This document shows positions 38,339 to 54,000 of a stretch of DNA of 64,000 bases, in pieces. The notes below the pieces were generated by a model, which searched no databases, was not told the origin of the DNA, and was given only the letters and a program-made list of their open reading frames with translations. The position numbers and the translations under genes were made by a program. Location: NCBI RefSeq assembly GCF_008831285.2, contig NC_045138.2, positions 6,138,001-6,202,000 of the forward strand, in the 5' to 3' direction. This DNA is from Nymphaea colorata (Eukaryota). Numbering within the stretch: position 1 is the first letter of the stretch; each line of letters opens with the position of its first letter.

Positions 38339-41189
38339 ATGCATTTACAAGATGCTTTTAGCTCTTGCTTGACATTATCTTTACATATGAAACCATATAT
38401 TAGTTTTAAGTTAAATGTAGGTAAATAATTGCTGTTTCTTTAATTAACATTATCTTTACATGTGAAACCATATATTAGTTTTAAGTTAAATGAAGCATTG
38501 ACGAAAAATCTGAATGGTGGTAACGATTATGTCATATTTGGAACAAAAAGTTTCAAAGCGTTCAATATTCGTAGCCTAATTTCAAATGATGGTAGCTTTT
38601 TGGAATTTTTTAACCCTATGATATGTCCTGCATAATTTTTATAAAATTGCAGAACAAATAAATTAAAAATTTCTCCTAAAACTATTTTCTAGACGGTTTT
38701 CTTACTTCCAACCATAGATAAATATTTATCGGTGGATTCATTTTAAAGGAAAACAAAAACTAGACAAGAAAACTTGGCGGAAAACAAACAAAAAGAAAAT
38801 TCGACCCAATTTTGGGGAAATGGGTGCTTGGCTTTGATTCAGTTATGGTGCATACAAGTAAAACTTTAGAAATTAATGTCCCGCAAATAACATTTTACAT
38901 AAAAATCTTCTTTGATGGAAACCCTCCACCCGCCGGGGGCTAGGTTTTGCACAGTAACTTTATATGAGTCCAGCTGAGTTCGAGTTTATTAGCGACCAGA
39001 TTTAAAATCTACTTCTCTCAACTCAACTAAACCACTTGACTTGATTATTTGTTTTGTTAAAGTCAATAAATTTTTCCTTTTCTATTTTGTTTTTTCTCCT
39101 ACCAGTTCACTTTTCCCAAGGTAGCCTCCTTTGATGGCTGAAAATATGTTTTCAGAAAAAAGTTTTGAGAATGAAAAATAAATTTTCTTATTTTTAAAAC
39201 CAGGTTGTTGTGTTTATTAACTTGAAATTATTTTTCTGAAAACAAATTTCATCGTTTCTTAAATTTGAATTAAATTTCTGAAAACAAATTTCCTCCTCCT
39301 ATATAGTTTTCTAACATTTGAATCAATAGGAGATCTACAAATTTAAACTTAGTTGCCGACTGGATCCAAATTTTCTTACAAAAATTCAGCTGCTTGTAGC
39401 AAAATCGGATAAAAGATTGAATTTACATGCTTGCTTCCTATTCAAGTATTTTACATTAATTACCAATCAATTAAAGGATGAAGGAATCACAAACACATTG
39501 CCATTAATACATCAAGGTTTAGATCCTTATTGCCAAAAAATTCCATCCATAAGGAATTAATTAAACACCTATCCAATCTACATTTCACATGTCATGCCAG
39601 CCTATTGCTAGATCAAGTGAAAACATATTTAGGATATTCTACACATGATCACAAATTACAAATAGCGTTTTAGAGTTTTAAACAGCGATGATTTTCTTGG
39701 GCTTGGTGCGTTTGGATCTGGTTTCAGGTGGGAACCAGATCCAAACTGTATTATAACTAAAAAGTAAAAAGAAAATGACTTGATCTTTTATTTGTTTTTT
39801 GTTTTTTTTACTTGCATAATTATTAACATAAGAAGCCTCATTAACCAAGATGAAACCTTGATAATTTATTCATTAGCAGCCTCTTTTTGTTGGCATTTTA
39901 AGCTTTTTATCAAAATGAAAATGAACATTTTTGTCAATTTTTTTGAATTAATTATATATAATAGTTTTTTTGTCAATTTTTTTGAATTAATTATATATAA
40001 TAGTCATCGTACCCGTACCAGGATTTACGAAAACACCGTATCAATATCCGTACCCCCGTACCCGCACTCGTACCATTGTGACATAGTTTCTCATGCATAA
40101 TACGACAAACTTAAAAAAAGAAAAATATGATAAATTTTAAAAAAAATTTAAAAAAATAAAATAAGTGAGCAACTAATAACACAAACATCAAAAGATAAAT
40201 AGATTTGAAAAAAAAAATTGTTTGGCATTAAACCAAAAAATCCGACCATAAGAGGCGTCGTCAATGTGAGGAACTGGATCATTAAATTTGTTTCGTATTC
40301 GAATGCAGTAAAAAGCCTAAAATGGACACCAACTTTTGGCCAGCCTGACCCAGACTTCAAATCGGGCTAGGTTGGGCCTATGCCCAACCCTAGTCGTAAA
40401 GTATTTACCCTAGTTGCAAAGTATTTACGCATAACTGTCAGGCTATTAAAACAAAAAACAAACAATTATCATTACACACATTATATGTCCTGCAAACTAT
40501 GATTCTTTAGCTAGCTATGATGACCATATACTACCCAAATCTTGTTGAAGAAAATAGTCTTTTTGTTGCTTCACATATCAGTGGATATAATATGGCACCA
40601 AAGGATGCGTGCCAAAATTTCAATAAGATATGCAGGATAAGGTGAAATAAATTTGGTTTACTAAGGAAATTTTTTGCTTTTTTCATAAATGAAAGTTAGT
40701 GTTTGGCAGCTTATTTATGTATAATAGTAACCTTTTGTAAGGAGGCATATGAATGTTGCATTTATCAATGAAAATGACCTACATGAAAACATATTTTGTA
40801 CTAAGTCATGCACCATTATCAAATTGATCAACAAGACAAATTTTGATATAGAATTATTGATGCATGTAGTAATAGGTTATTGAAACTGCATGGTCTCTAT
40901 CTTATAGACTATACTTTTTACAGAAGAATTGCCGTTTTGATATAGAATTATTGATGCATAGATGTCACCCTTATTTATATCATCACAGTTAATAATCCCT
41001 TCACATTTGAAAACAGCTGGCATTAGCAGAATTTAGCAAAAATATATATTAATATACGCTTACCAAATAATCGCAATCTAGGTCTCAAAACAGCTTTAGA
41101 CTGTAGAAGGAAAAAGGGCTTTAAGGTATTTCTCACCAAATAACCAATTTGAGAGGATGCAAACCAATGACCACACTTGTAGTTAAGAT

Positions 41190-41528
41190 CATAGCCACAA
41201 AAAACGTGTTATTTTTGAAATAAACTAGAGAAAATGAAATGCCATTTAAAACAAAAAAATGTGTTTTTTTTGGAAAAAAAAATGTTAAAAACAAAAAAAC
41301 ACGCTTTTAACACAATTTTTTATTTTTTAATGCCAGATAATTTTTTTTTATTTTTTATTTTCTATTTATTGCAAATCTATTTATCTTTTGATGTTTGTGT
41401 TATTATTTTCTCATTTATTTTTTTTAATTAAAAAAAATGCAAATTTTTTCCATATTTTTCAAGCCCGCCATATTATACCAGAAAAAAACCTCATCATTTA
41501 AAATTTTGAGACATTATTCGTGACTATA
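41190..41528. mobile_element. hAT-type MITE
   Basis: TIRs CATAGCCACAAA / TTCGTGACTATA, TSD GTTAAGAT/ATTAAGAT (7 of 8); related interiors at about 42297-42648 and inverted at about 40100-40240. Confidence 0.65.
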
Positions 41529-43073
41529 ATTAAGATAGATATAGAATCACGTTTATAATTAAGATAGATATTGAATCACGTTTATGATAATTTTGATTTA
41601 ATAATTTGCAAGAAGATTCCACCTCTTCAGAATGGAAAGGCTCCAGTCCCCACGCCCCGACTCCACCCCAGGGCTGCCTCAGCATGGCATTGATGCATCA
41701 TTAATGAAATATCAACACAGGGAATGGTAGGGTCGGTGTTGGCACGTATCAGGGAATAACGGGGATATGAAACGCATATGTTAAATAAAAGATCAAACAC
41801 AACAAACGAGGAGGATAGAAAATACATACAAGGAATGATAAGTTTGAGGGGATCTAACATTGTCATGTAATGTAAATCTTTTTGTAACCATACTGTTATA
41901 CTTAGTGAAAACTCACCAACCTTTTATGGATGTGTTTTCAGGTGAGAATTATGGACACAGGTAAACCACCATCAAAACTGATCCATATTCCAATTGGATG
42001 TATTCTTCACCATATCTGATGACATATTAGGTGCTCACATATTCAAATTCGAATATGAACGAACAAAAATCTAATCATGTATCGACATCTGTATTTGAAT
42101 TCATAATCTAAATCCAGCTTTTAGTTCACGACCAAATCATAATCCGACTTTTAAGATCAAATCCGAACCACAATATAATCTACTAAGAACCGACTTTCAA
42201 AAGGATATAGGATATTGGTTTAAATATAAATGTCATCTGAATCTCTACATCCAAATCCAATTGTTTTTATTTTTAAATAAAATGTAACTCAAAGGCCATA
42301 GTAGCAGAAAGTACGTTTTTTTTCTTCGAAAAAATGCAAAAAATTGTGATAAATTAAATGATCGTTTAAAATTTAATAAAAATACATTTTTTGAAAAAAA
42401 TGTTAAAAACAAAAAATACGTTTTTTCACTTTTCAGTTTTTAAATTCCAAACAGTTTTTTTTTTTTTCATTTTTCATTTTTTATTTGTTGCAAATCTACT
42501 TTATTTTGATGTTTGTGCTATTAGTTTCTCACTTATTTTATTTTTCTTATACTTTTAATTTTAAAAACTTTTAAAAACTTACCATATTTTTTTCGTATTT
42601 TTTCAAGCTGACCGTATTACACTGATCGATACGTTATGTTTCACTATGCTTAAAACTACGTAAAAGATACTTTACAGGCCACTAGAATGCTAACATTCAA
42701 TGCTAAAACCATTAAGAGAACAAGATTACTAAGCCACTAATTTTTTATAACCTTTTCATACACAACCAGGTGATTTCTTGGCATGGAGTTGCTAATTATG
42801 CGCATCTTTAACAGAACTAAAATGGCTGATGCCCTCTTCTTGCATCTCTAGCTGATCTCACTCTTCAATTATCAAATGAACTGCTGGGATTTGCCTCATA
42901 TCATACAAGTCCTCACAAAGTTTATTTATTGCTCCGCATTTTTCAAACTAAAATGGATCCTTAAATGAGAACGCACTAGATCGTCGGGCCAAGTTAAATT
43001 CGGATCGGGGCTAAACGTAGTCATATACAGTACAGATCCGACCCGTTGACGCAGCGACCGGCGCTGGAGGTGA

Positions 43074-43082
43074 GGCGGGAAA
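43074..43082 (-). promoter_or_regulatory. E2F-binding site upstream of RFC4
   Basis: GGCGGGAAA = TTTCCCGCC on the minus strand, the plant E2F consensus, about 70 nt before the ATG of a DNA-replication gene; followed by a (GA)n tract. Confidence 0.7.
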
Positions 43083-43152
43083 ATGAGTCGCCTGCGGAGT
43101 GTGGGGAGGGAGGGAAGGGGAGAGAGGGAGAGAGAGAGAGAGAGAGAGAGAG

Positions 43153-46100
43153 ATGGCTCCGGTAGCACAGAGCACTCAACCGTGGGTGGAGAAATAGTAA
43201 ATCCCCTTCTCCATCTTTGATTAATACCGCTAACATCCACCACCATCATTCCCTCCTTTCCTTTCTTCAGTATTATCGCCACCGCCTTCTTTCTCCTCCT
43301 TGTCTCGCCATCGTGAGCACCATCTCCACATCCATCACCATCACCATCACTAGAATCATCTTTATTTCTTCGGATTTCATTATTACAATCATCACATTTG
43401 TTATTTTCTTCACTGTGATTGCAGTAGGCCCAAGCAAGTGAAGGATGTCGCCCATCAGGATGAAGTTGTCAGGGTTCTCACGAACACCCTGGAGACCACC
43501 AATGTAAATATTTTCTCTTACCAGTTTTCTTTTCTGGAGAGAATTCTCGTCGTAGTTAAAGCCTTGAGGGGTTTGTTTTCTCTGATTGAATTCGTCATTT
43601 TCTTTTGGGGTTTTGAATGGTCAGTGCCCTCACATGCTCTTCTATGGCCCTCCCGGGACGGGGAAGACGACGACCGCACTTGCAATCGCCAATCAGCTAT
43701 TTGGGTATCATCGGAAACCCGACTGGCACCTCTTTTTCCTTCTCATTTGGAGATTGTGTCATGGGCGTACCTCCCTTTTCACTGTATTCTTTTTATATCA
43801 TGTTCGTAGTTTCCTTGCTGTCTTCTCTTCGCATTTTGTGCTTATTTTCTTGGCTTTATGAACGGAATAATGTTGTTTTAGGTTTTTTACGTCGCCGTTG
43901 TACGTGTCATTCTTAACTTGCTAGACTGAAGCATGAATTCATAAACTTGAAATGCTAGAAACTTGGATGTTGGAAGTTATTTAACCAGTTGTTCTCAAGC
44001 TTCTAGAATGCCCTCCCCTTCTACTTATTGGAGAGTGCCTATGTTTAACTTATTACTATATTAGTGGGACCTGAATTTGCAGGGAAACATTTTCCGCTTA
44101 CTGGTGTGGTGTCCAGTGGACACGTTCGAGGACCCCCTAGCCCATGAACTAAGTTATCCACTTGTCCACTTTTCTGTATGAGTAGTGAGATCTGGTTAGG
44201 CATCCTGTGAAACTCATCGGGGATCATTCTCCTATGAGTGCTTTCATCACTATTGAAGCACTTATTACATCATTCAAGGAAGAGGTCCTTTCAAGAAATG
44301 CATGGTTAATGCTCGCACATTAACCTACCGAATCTGTTCATTACTCTATCTCTTTCCTACTAGAGCATGTCTTGATCTGTTCTTGTGTCAATGACTCCTG
44401 CGGATTGGTTGCCCGAATAATCTCTTGCAGGCCTGAGCTGTACAAATCAAGAGTCCTTGAACTAAATGCGAGTGATGATCGTGGGATCAATGTAGTGAGG
44501 ACCAAAATCAAGGATTTTGCAGCAGTTGCGGTAAGCTCTGGAAGCCGCAAAGGGTAAGCTCTCTTTCCACTTAAAAGTCCGTTTTCTGTCATAAGAGGTA
44601 TTTTGATTTCTTCTTCTTCGAAACACCAGTGGATATCCTTGCCCACCTTATAAGATCATTATCCTAGATGAAGCTGACTCAATGACAGAAGATGCCCAGG
44701 TACGTAACATATTTTGAATGACAGTTTAGGTTTAATTGTTACTATTTTTTTTTCCCTTTATACATTTCTTTATGCAGAATGCCCTGAGGCGGACCATGGA
44801 AACTTACTCTAAGGTTACACGGTTTTTTTTCATTTGCAACTATATTAGCAGGTACTCACTTGTATTTGCACAGGACAATGAGACCAATTCGATCCTTATG
44901 TACATCTCTGATTGCATGTCTGTGCAGGATCATAGAACCACTTGCTTCTAGATGTGCAAAATTTAGGTTTAAGCCCTTGTCGCAAGAAATTATGAGCAGT
45001 CGTATACAGTATATATGCCAAGAAGAAGGTCTTATCCTGGATCCAGATGTACTAACGCAACACCTGATGGACTAGTTTTGTGGATCTTTATTTTTGGCAC
45101 CACTTTTCTATAGATTGCTGACACAACATATAACTAAATGCAGGCACTCTCAACTTTAAGTTCCATATCTCAAGGTGATCTACGTCGAGCTATAACATAC
45201 TTGCAGGTAGCTTTCTAAATAAACTTCATCATCTATCCTTTTCCATAGATGTGTATGCATATGCGTCCATTATGTAAGGGTAGTAGAATATGTGTACTCA
45301 TGGTTCATGAATGTGAGAGACCACGATAACGACTTTGAGCATTTTGATCAATCAGTTTGGATAGCTTACAGTCTGATACATGAATAACAAGCTGTTGGAA
45401 ATTTACTTTTGATGTGGCAGGTTGTAAATCATTCTTTCAGTTTGACTGGATGACTCAGTTATTCTCGTATTTTCTTATTTTCATATGCTATTAGACCTAT
45501 ATCTGTACATTTGTATGCTCCATGCTTGCATGTGCATACGTGTGTTTTTGTTGAGGCGAGGTGGTGTTGCGTGCTGTTGAATGTGTGTGTGTAGTGGTCT
45601 AAAAGAACTATCCTTCAAACTTTGTAAATCATTCTTAAGTCTTGACATCATTTATTCTCTACTTTTATGTGCTTAAGTATTTATGTGGAGTCCCAAAACT
45701 ATTTCTATCTTGTGTTCATGATTTGAAAGTGCTTAATTATTTAACTTTATAAACAATGAATCTCTTTTTTATTGAGATTACCGAGCTGCAAAAACAGTAA
45801 GTGGTTCACTGTAATCACACATGTGCAGTCGGTATGACCAATTGGTGCCTAAATCCTGTATTTTCTGTAACTGCAGCTAGATTCCACAGTACTGAGCTGT
45901 GTTCCTTTGGAAGTGAAAATTCAATTGAAGTTCATTTTTAAATTACTGTTAGGACTGATCTTCATATTTGACTGTCTAGGGGGCTGCTCGGTTGTTTGGA
46001 TCATCTATTTCCTCTGCTGACTTGATCAGTGTTTCAGGGGTACACTTATTTCTTCTTTACTCTTGTTTTTACTGTTAAGGGCTCTGTGCATTCTTTTAGT

Positions 46101-49100
46101 CGGGAATAATTGTCTGTTATTATGTGCGTGCTTATAATATCTTCATGCAATATTTCCTTTTTTCTGTTTAAGTGCTCTTGAATCTTGTGTCAAATCAGTC
46201 AATAATAAGTTGGATGTTATTAAGTGTCCAACCTTCTATCATTGAGAGGAAGTTTGCCTTTTGGCACTTTGTACAAGTATTATAAGTAAAATTCAGTGAT
46301 GGACACAATATATGATGGATGTCAAGAAACATGGTAAATGCATTTTTATCTAATGTTCTACTTTTGGACACAACTGACAATCTGACATGTTTGGAACCCA
46401 GAAAGTTTTGGTTGAATTGTCTCTTGGCCTTCTTTTACCTTGTGCTGCATATGGAAGAGGAAGGTTTATCTTTGGTAGCTTTCTTTGACCTTTGTCACCC
46501 ACATTTACTTTCTGTTCTTCCGAGATAAGTTCAAACTACCTGTTCTTACATGGTTTTTCTTCTTCTTTTCCTTGATCTGAAAATGGCATAAATGAGTTGG
46601 ATTTTCATGTTCAAAAACATGAAGATGTCAGAAGTTACCTCAATGTCTCAAAAAATGAAATAAGTTTATTGTGATTTATGTATTGTCTCGCCTTACTGTT
46701 ACGTTGAAACCTTGTTGGTCCTTATCTTCTAGAGAACGTTCCAGCCTGATGATATCAGTTCACTTTCAGAAATACATAAGGCCATGTTTTTAGTTTTCTT
46801 GGTTAAACACACTTTAAACTTTAAAGTCCTGCTAAGTTTTGCGACTTTTATGAATTTTTGTTTGTGCAGCACTTTGGTTGGGATTTTCCTGGTTATAGGG
46901 GAGCTATGATTTTTAGTGGTTCTGCCATGATAAGAATCTGCACTGCAGCATGTCCTAGTATCTTTTTGGTTATTAGCAAGCAATTTGACATGCCATGAGT
47001 GATGCAACTCTATGATATTGATAATCAAGCTTATGCTAATATCAAATGGTTTGCCAAGTATACTTCAAACTTTGAAGTCTCATATTTATTACTTACATGT
47101 GCCATAATAATGAACACTTTCAATATTTCATCAACTTAGTGTTGTTCCTAGATTTTTTTTTTAATTTTAAGGAAATATGATGCTTGACATAACTGTGAGG
47201 AAATACATTATATTATATCCCTGTAACTAGTTTCAGAGGTGTAACGTATTTATATCACACCATAATCCACATTGTATGATATGGCATGAAGTCCATTTCG
47301 AGTGATATCTTGTCAATAGGAACTTGAGGGGGCCTGAATCCTTTTATTATTTTGGTCTAAAAACACTTCACATGACTTTTAATGGGGTGTGTGGGGGAGC
47401 TCTTACATTTTCAAGAAGAAAACATCCAGATCTGATGCCATTGTGCATAAGAGGTAGATTTTGCATTGAAGAAAGAGGGTTTTTGTTCATTTTATGTATG
47501 AGAACCTATTTCACTTTGAAAGGTATAGGGGAATGTGCATTTTTACAATAAATTTTTGGTTTTTCTTAAAGATACTTAAATTTTTAACGTAGTTTTACTC
47601 GGAATATTGTAATTATTTTTCCTTTAGTTAATTTTTTATTTAAATTTTAGAATGGCTTGGTTGCTGATCTTGTACATCAATACTATCGGTTGGACATGTT
47701 TAAGAGAATTGTAACATGCTTTTAAACATCTATAAGGTGGACTCTTATTGGTCTAACTTGTGTGGGATTGGTTGACAAGGTGGTGATTCCTTTTTTGTGC
47801 CATCATGCATTTACATGACAATGCATCTTGATTAGTGATGTGTGTGAATGAATCATAGAGGAGTCCATAGTATTCACTCAAAGAAGTGCGAGGTTGCAGG
47901 ACAACCCAGATCCACATCATCAAGATGTTGTCCTTGGCTTTAATTATACACTAGGCACACAATCTGAGACTAGTAGTCCTCAATTCTAAAGATGAGAATG
48001 TTGCACCAGCAGTATCAGCAATATGACCAACACATCAAGATGAACTTAGTAGAGTAGGAGAACTTGGTGAAATAGGAGAGTAGCAGCGAAAGAACGTAGT
48101 GAACCCAAGTCTTTGTTTTTCATGTCTATATATATATATATATAGTTTATTTAATGAATGCACACTGTTTAAGTGAAATGTGAATCTTTCTTTACTATAT
48201 TCCTGTTAAATTGTTTTTTTATATTTTTTATATAATTTCTGCTTATGCAATTCGTGTTTTTTGGCATGGGATATTTTTCTTATTTTTTGTAATTTTTCAT
48301 GACTTTTTATATTAAAAAATATTTTGTTATGTTATGTTACATATCTACCTTCTAGAACAACGAGGGAAGTTCCCTTGCTCCTGCTATGCACAGGACCAGT
48401 GCACGTTACTTTGTGCACGTTAAATATTACATTGATCTTCTCCTTGATGCTTCACATCACTGTCATCATGCTGATTTAAAGCATATTATCGGAATCCATG
48501 TATAAACCTAACTAGTTAAAAGTAGTTATATCTTTTAGGTGTTTGTGATACAAGATATTTGAACGTCAGCACCTCCACTATCTTAACCTTTTCACTTTTG
48601 CAGGTTATCCCACAAGACATTGTCCGATCACTTTACCAGTCTTGCAAAAGTGGTCAATTTGAATTGGCAAATAAGGAAGTTGAGTACATAATTGCAGAAG
48701 GTTATCCAGTTTCACAAATGCTTTCTCAGGTTTTCTGCTAATATGATCCTTGTACTTTCATGACATTGTTCTCTTTTCTTCATGACATGATGCTAATGAA
48801 ATGTGATGTTACAGTTATTTGATTTAATAGTTGAAGCTGAGGATGCATCTGATGAACAGAAGGCAAAGATTTGTAAGAGAATTGCTGAGGCAGATAAGGT
48901 CACTATGAAACTAAGACTGTCCACTATTGAACTTCTAATCATAAAAAACTTTTGCCCCTACTAGGATATGTTACTCCATGTTCTTATTTTCTTTTTGCTG
49001 CAAAAGTTTCTTGCTATTAGTATATTTGTGCTTGACGAGAACTGCAATCTCACTGTGGTGCATCCATTACAGATAATAGTTGGCATTCAGCTGAAGTTTA

Positions 49101-49315
49101 CAGGATAGATGCTAAATTTATAGTCTTCCTGTTTTTTTAAGTTGTTGCAGTTAAGTGATCTATGTTTTATTTGAATGTCCTTCAGCATCTTACTGACGTT
49201 CTAATATGTGCAGCGTCTGATTGATGGAGCAGATGAATACTTGCAGCTGATGGATGTGGCGAGCAACACCATGCGTGCTTTGTGCAACATGACTCAAGAG
49301 TTCTCGTATGATTAG
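43153..49315 (+). CDS. RFC4: Replication factor C subunit 4 (clamp-loader AAA+ ATPase); 12 exons
   Basis: Exons 43153-43196, 43425-43503, 43625-43704, 44431-44553, 44630-44699, 44778-44851, 44928-45048, 45144-45206, 45980-46039, 48604-48729, 48815-48898, 49214-49315. Motifs PWVEKYRP, Walker [19 protein letters not shown], Walker [32 protein letters not shown]. Confidence 0.96.
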
Positions 49316-51064
49316 CAAACTCCAAGGAGTCCTCCCGTTGGCATTCCTTTGTTCACATGGGTCAAGTTCGATTATGGCCCTAATCTTGTGAATTTAATAC
49401 AGCGACCTGAGTTCCTTGAACTGAAATGGATATTGATGAATAGAACTCCAACCTTTTGTTGCTAAGTGACAAACTATGTACAAAATCTTCTTTAATCAGT
49501 TGACTTTAGAACCCGCAATGCAGCGATAAGCCACTTTCTTTTTCCTGTTTGACTTTTTTTCTGAATCCGAAATCCTAACATACTTTTGAAAATACAAATA
49601 CTCCCCTATAAACGAAAGGTACTTTTGAAGGATCAGAGATGGAATAATGTTCGGAATCATGGGAATGCAGTGGTGACTGAATGTGGGCGAGACGAATGAG
49701 TTTCCTACAAAAGAGGAGGGCCTTCTCACCTCCAGAAAGCAAAACGTACAATGTCATCGCTAGAGGCAAGTTTGAAGTTTGCATGGTTTTAATTGTTTAC
49801 GCGAACAGTTTATGCATAAAATATATGTTTATATGAACAAGGCATACAAAGATCACAAAGCACTTTCAAAATTTCGGATAATTCAGTCTTCCACACGTTA
49901 CTGAAATTTGCACCTTAACAACCAAGGTGGCTGTCAATGGTTGAATTCATTGGTTATTAAACTTTAGATGTTATACATAGAAGACGGTGATTGAGAATGA
50001 GCCTGTTGCCATGTCACACTTACAAGTCATGCCGCTTCCTGTAACACACCGTGTCAGAAAATAATATAAAAATAGAACGTTTGTCTATGCTTGACGGTCC
50101 ACATGATTTGGCTCAAAAGGAATGATTCAAGAACACACAGTCTCTGCCGCTCCTTACAATGCAAACAAACATGGTCATTCCAGACTAGCATAGATGTACA
50201 GGTGCATGCGTGATTTTCTTTCGGTGCATAGACGACATGCGCCGGAATAACATGCCTCCGTGGTTCTACTCCTTGCTTCGACTCTCTTTTGCCGAGCGTT
50301 GCAGATCCAATCTGACCTGCCACTTTATTACAGATGCAGAATAAACATCAGGCATGAATTCCTCTATGATTAAGTCATGTAACCACAAGTACGTTAATAA
50401 TAGAAAAATTAATGAATTGATCTCATTAGTTGATTATCCAACCGTCCCAATACCACTTTCCATTCAAGTTATGACAGCTTCAGGTCTCTAAAAAAAAAAA
50501 ATCAAATCTGAACAAAATTTGAATCCAATGCGCTTGGAAAACGTACAACTATTAGCGTAGCTGATCAATTACTTTTAGTGCAAAAAATACCTGAGCCAGT
50601 CTGACCAGTTCACATTATACATTTGTACTTAGTTGCGCATGCAACTGTACAGTTCACCTCTTTTATGCAAGCGTTCACTTCTTCCCTACTGATAGCGTAG
50701 TCAACTAGTCATGGATGTCCACCTCTATACCAGAATACAATCTCCATCTCCCTTCCTTCCCCCTTTCCTAAAATTTATTTTTCGGAACCAGTAAAAAGAA
50801 TTACAAAGGCATGAGACGTACAAGAAGAAAACTTTCACCTGAAACAGTAAAACAAGATCATGAGGTAAAATTTATTTCCTACGTTCTTACTTGCAATTAG
50901 AAAATTTAGGCAACATAGATAGATGACACAAAGAACTCTACCAGTATCATATGGTGTTGCAAACCTGCCAAGGTATCACTCTTGAGAAATCAGTGAGAAA
51001 TGTTATGCAAGGCAACTGCTCAGTCCATTTTCATTGATCTGTTGCAAGAGTGCACAATCCATTT

Positions 51065-54000
51065 TCATTGATTTGTCGCAAGAGCAGGATCTGATTGATC
51101 GGCTGCTGCCATGACTGAGGTTAGCATTTCTAGCCGTTTTCTTTCTTGTGCTTTCCTTCTATTGCTTTCAAGCCAAATAAGAAGGGCAGAAATGTCGGCA
51201 GGACTCACACCTCCCACTCTTGTTGCTTGACCAATTGTCTGTGGCCGTACCTGCACAAAGAAAAATGGTAGATATCAATGCATGACTTTCCATGCATGGG
51301 GCATTTTAATGTCGAGATGTGCAAATGCAGAGTCTTGCAGTTGGCAGGCACCATTAGACATCAGCATTTAACCAAAAAAACATAAAGACTAGTAAAAAGA
51401 AAGGAAACGGAAGGTGAAACTGAAAGTAGACAATTGCCTTGTTTTCCCTTTGTTTAGTTCTTTTTGAATAAATGCTTGTGTTTCCACTTGTTGGGATTTG
51501 AATAGAATTGAACATATTCAATGATATCCATAAAATACAGCTGACAGCATCTTATGAATTCAAAGAAGATATGGTGCATTACCTTCCCATGTTAAAGCTG
51601 ATAAATCCCATTTTAACTCTTTATAGGCTTATACCATTACTTAAAACTTATGTACAGAAATGTCATAACATCTTTATACCTTTTAGGAAGAAAATTAACA
51701 TGGTGCAGTATTAATTGACATATAAAAGACATGCTTAAAGTTACATACGCATGACAGAGAGCATCAGAATGACCGAAGCGTGAACTGTTATGTGAAATCT
51801 ATTTGTTCATTTTTTCTCAAAATGGCCCATCACAAGCTTAGCACTCTTCCTTCCACCTTAGAATGTCCCACTAGTAAACTATAAATCTGAAGACCAGAAT
51901 AGTAATGTGCACATAGTTTGTACAAATCAAACAGTCTCAGTATCAGTTACACGAGGATTCAGAGTTGATTTAATAGCTCGGGCTATTAGAAACCCATCAC
52001 TATGTGAAGTAGCACTTTTTACTTTTAACTGTTCGCAATAATATTTGCCTGTTCCAGGTTGGGGTAAACCTTTTATACTTGTAGTATGTACATCATATAC
52101 GCATGCAATTGCCCTACATGTTTCATGACTACTTCTCTACAAATATGAAGGTACACCACCAATAGAATTAAATAGCTTTTACATGCTACCCCTTGCCTAT
52201 TTTACTCAATTACCTTTCTGTAGTTTAGGAAGGAAAGCTTTTTGAAGTCAAGGAACCAGTCATGTCAGTTGACAAGGCACATCACCTTCCCAACCCTAGG
52301 ATTAATTACTAGCGTCAAAATGGCACTGTTGTTTAAGTAGGATCACAGAAGAACTGCTTCTTTCACTTGATGAACACCCAAATTCTTAGAGAAGCATTAA
52401 AGGATTGGGTCTTAAATGATTAAGTTGCCGACAACAAACTGGAAGTTCATTTATTTGTATCAATGGAATGTTTCTTTCGGACACAATAATTTTTTGCCTT
52501 TGTCAAGTATTAAACAAACCTCATGCAAATACAAAAGAAAATGTGTAATGTATCCCCTTGGAGTACGTAGAAAAAAATTCATTATTCCATAACCGAGTAA
52601 AAGAGCTTTCTTATCCATGAAAAAAAGTTGAATGGACCTCACCTTGGAAAGTTTTTCACGTGCTTCCAAAGATAATGTTGTCACAGCATAATAATCTATA
52701 TCCTCTGGAAGTAGTTTGTGATGCTGTTGCACTATCTGGCAAAGACAATGTAGTTGTTAACCCAAGCAACTATTATGTAGAGACGTAGAGTCAATTTCTG
52801 CATTGACAAGAAAAACAGACTTCTGAATTAAAGGGTAAAAGAGAAAGCTCCACTGACCTGTTTAAGTTGGCTCTGCTGCCGAACAATGAATCCTTCGTAT
52901 GTGATATCTACCTCTATACATTCTTTTTCTTCTTTGGAAAGAAGTGGGTTTCCATAACCGTGTTTGTCAAGAAGCTTATACTGAATATGTGGCTTCTTCA
53001 AGATGGATTCAAGGGACGCACCATCTTTGACAAGCTGACCAGACAACTGATTGGCCTCAGCTGCGAATTCTCCACTACCTGTAAAATGTAACTTGAGCAT
53101 ATTTAAAATATTTTAAGAAATTCTAGAACAATTCACAGTTATTACCAAGGTTTCTTACTGCAAATCTCAAGAAGTATAAAGTAACGATATGGGCAAACAG
53201 GGAGAGAGAGAGAGACAGAGAGAGATGTGGCACATGGGCATTATAAACCTGAAACGCGGACTGATTTGATTCGCTTTTTCTCCTCCAATATCCGCTGCTG
53301 TTTGTCCTGGTAGATTTTCCATCTTCTGGCATCTATGAGACCAATCTCCCGACCCAAAGGTGTCAGACGGCTGTCCGCATTATCTGCCCGTAGGAGCAAA
53401 CGGTGTTCTGAGCGGCTAAAAGCAAAGATGTAATATCAGCCAGAGATCAATTTCAGCTTCAGATGCGTAACAATGTATAGATGAAGCACATGCAGAAGAA
53501 AGCATATAGTGAGTTCACTAATGACCTTACAAGTCAAGCCCAATAATAAGGACTTCCACTAAGCCTTTTTAAGGAATGAGCTAGAAAGTAGAAATCATCT
53601 CTTATTTGTGCAACACAAAAATATCAGGAGTGCAGAACCTGATAAACTCAGTAATATGCTAAGACAAAAGAAATTCTCCAAAAGAATTATGCAAGTGCAA
53701 GTCCAAAAGGATTGGTAGAGGTGGAAATGGTGCACATTTTGAAATATGGCTGGTACAAACTCCAGCAGAACATTTCCTATGACCCAAGCCACTATTGACG
53801 TGACTGGTAGAAGAACTTTCCACATGTTGAATTAGATTGATAATTAGCTTTTGCAGGAGAAAAGCACATCATGAACCACCATCAATAAGTATCGTATCAC
53901 CTTGAACAAGCAGGAATCAAGTAAGACACCATAAGCAGATCCACCTAAGATCACGAAAGCATTCCAATAGTTCCATTGAGATGATGGAACAGAAGAATGT

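Noticed and set aside
43217..43455. His/Ile/Thr-rich ORFs near the RFC4 start
   Set aside because: They lie in RFC4 intron 1 and come from CAT/CAC low-complexity sequence.
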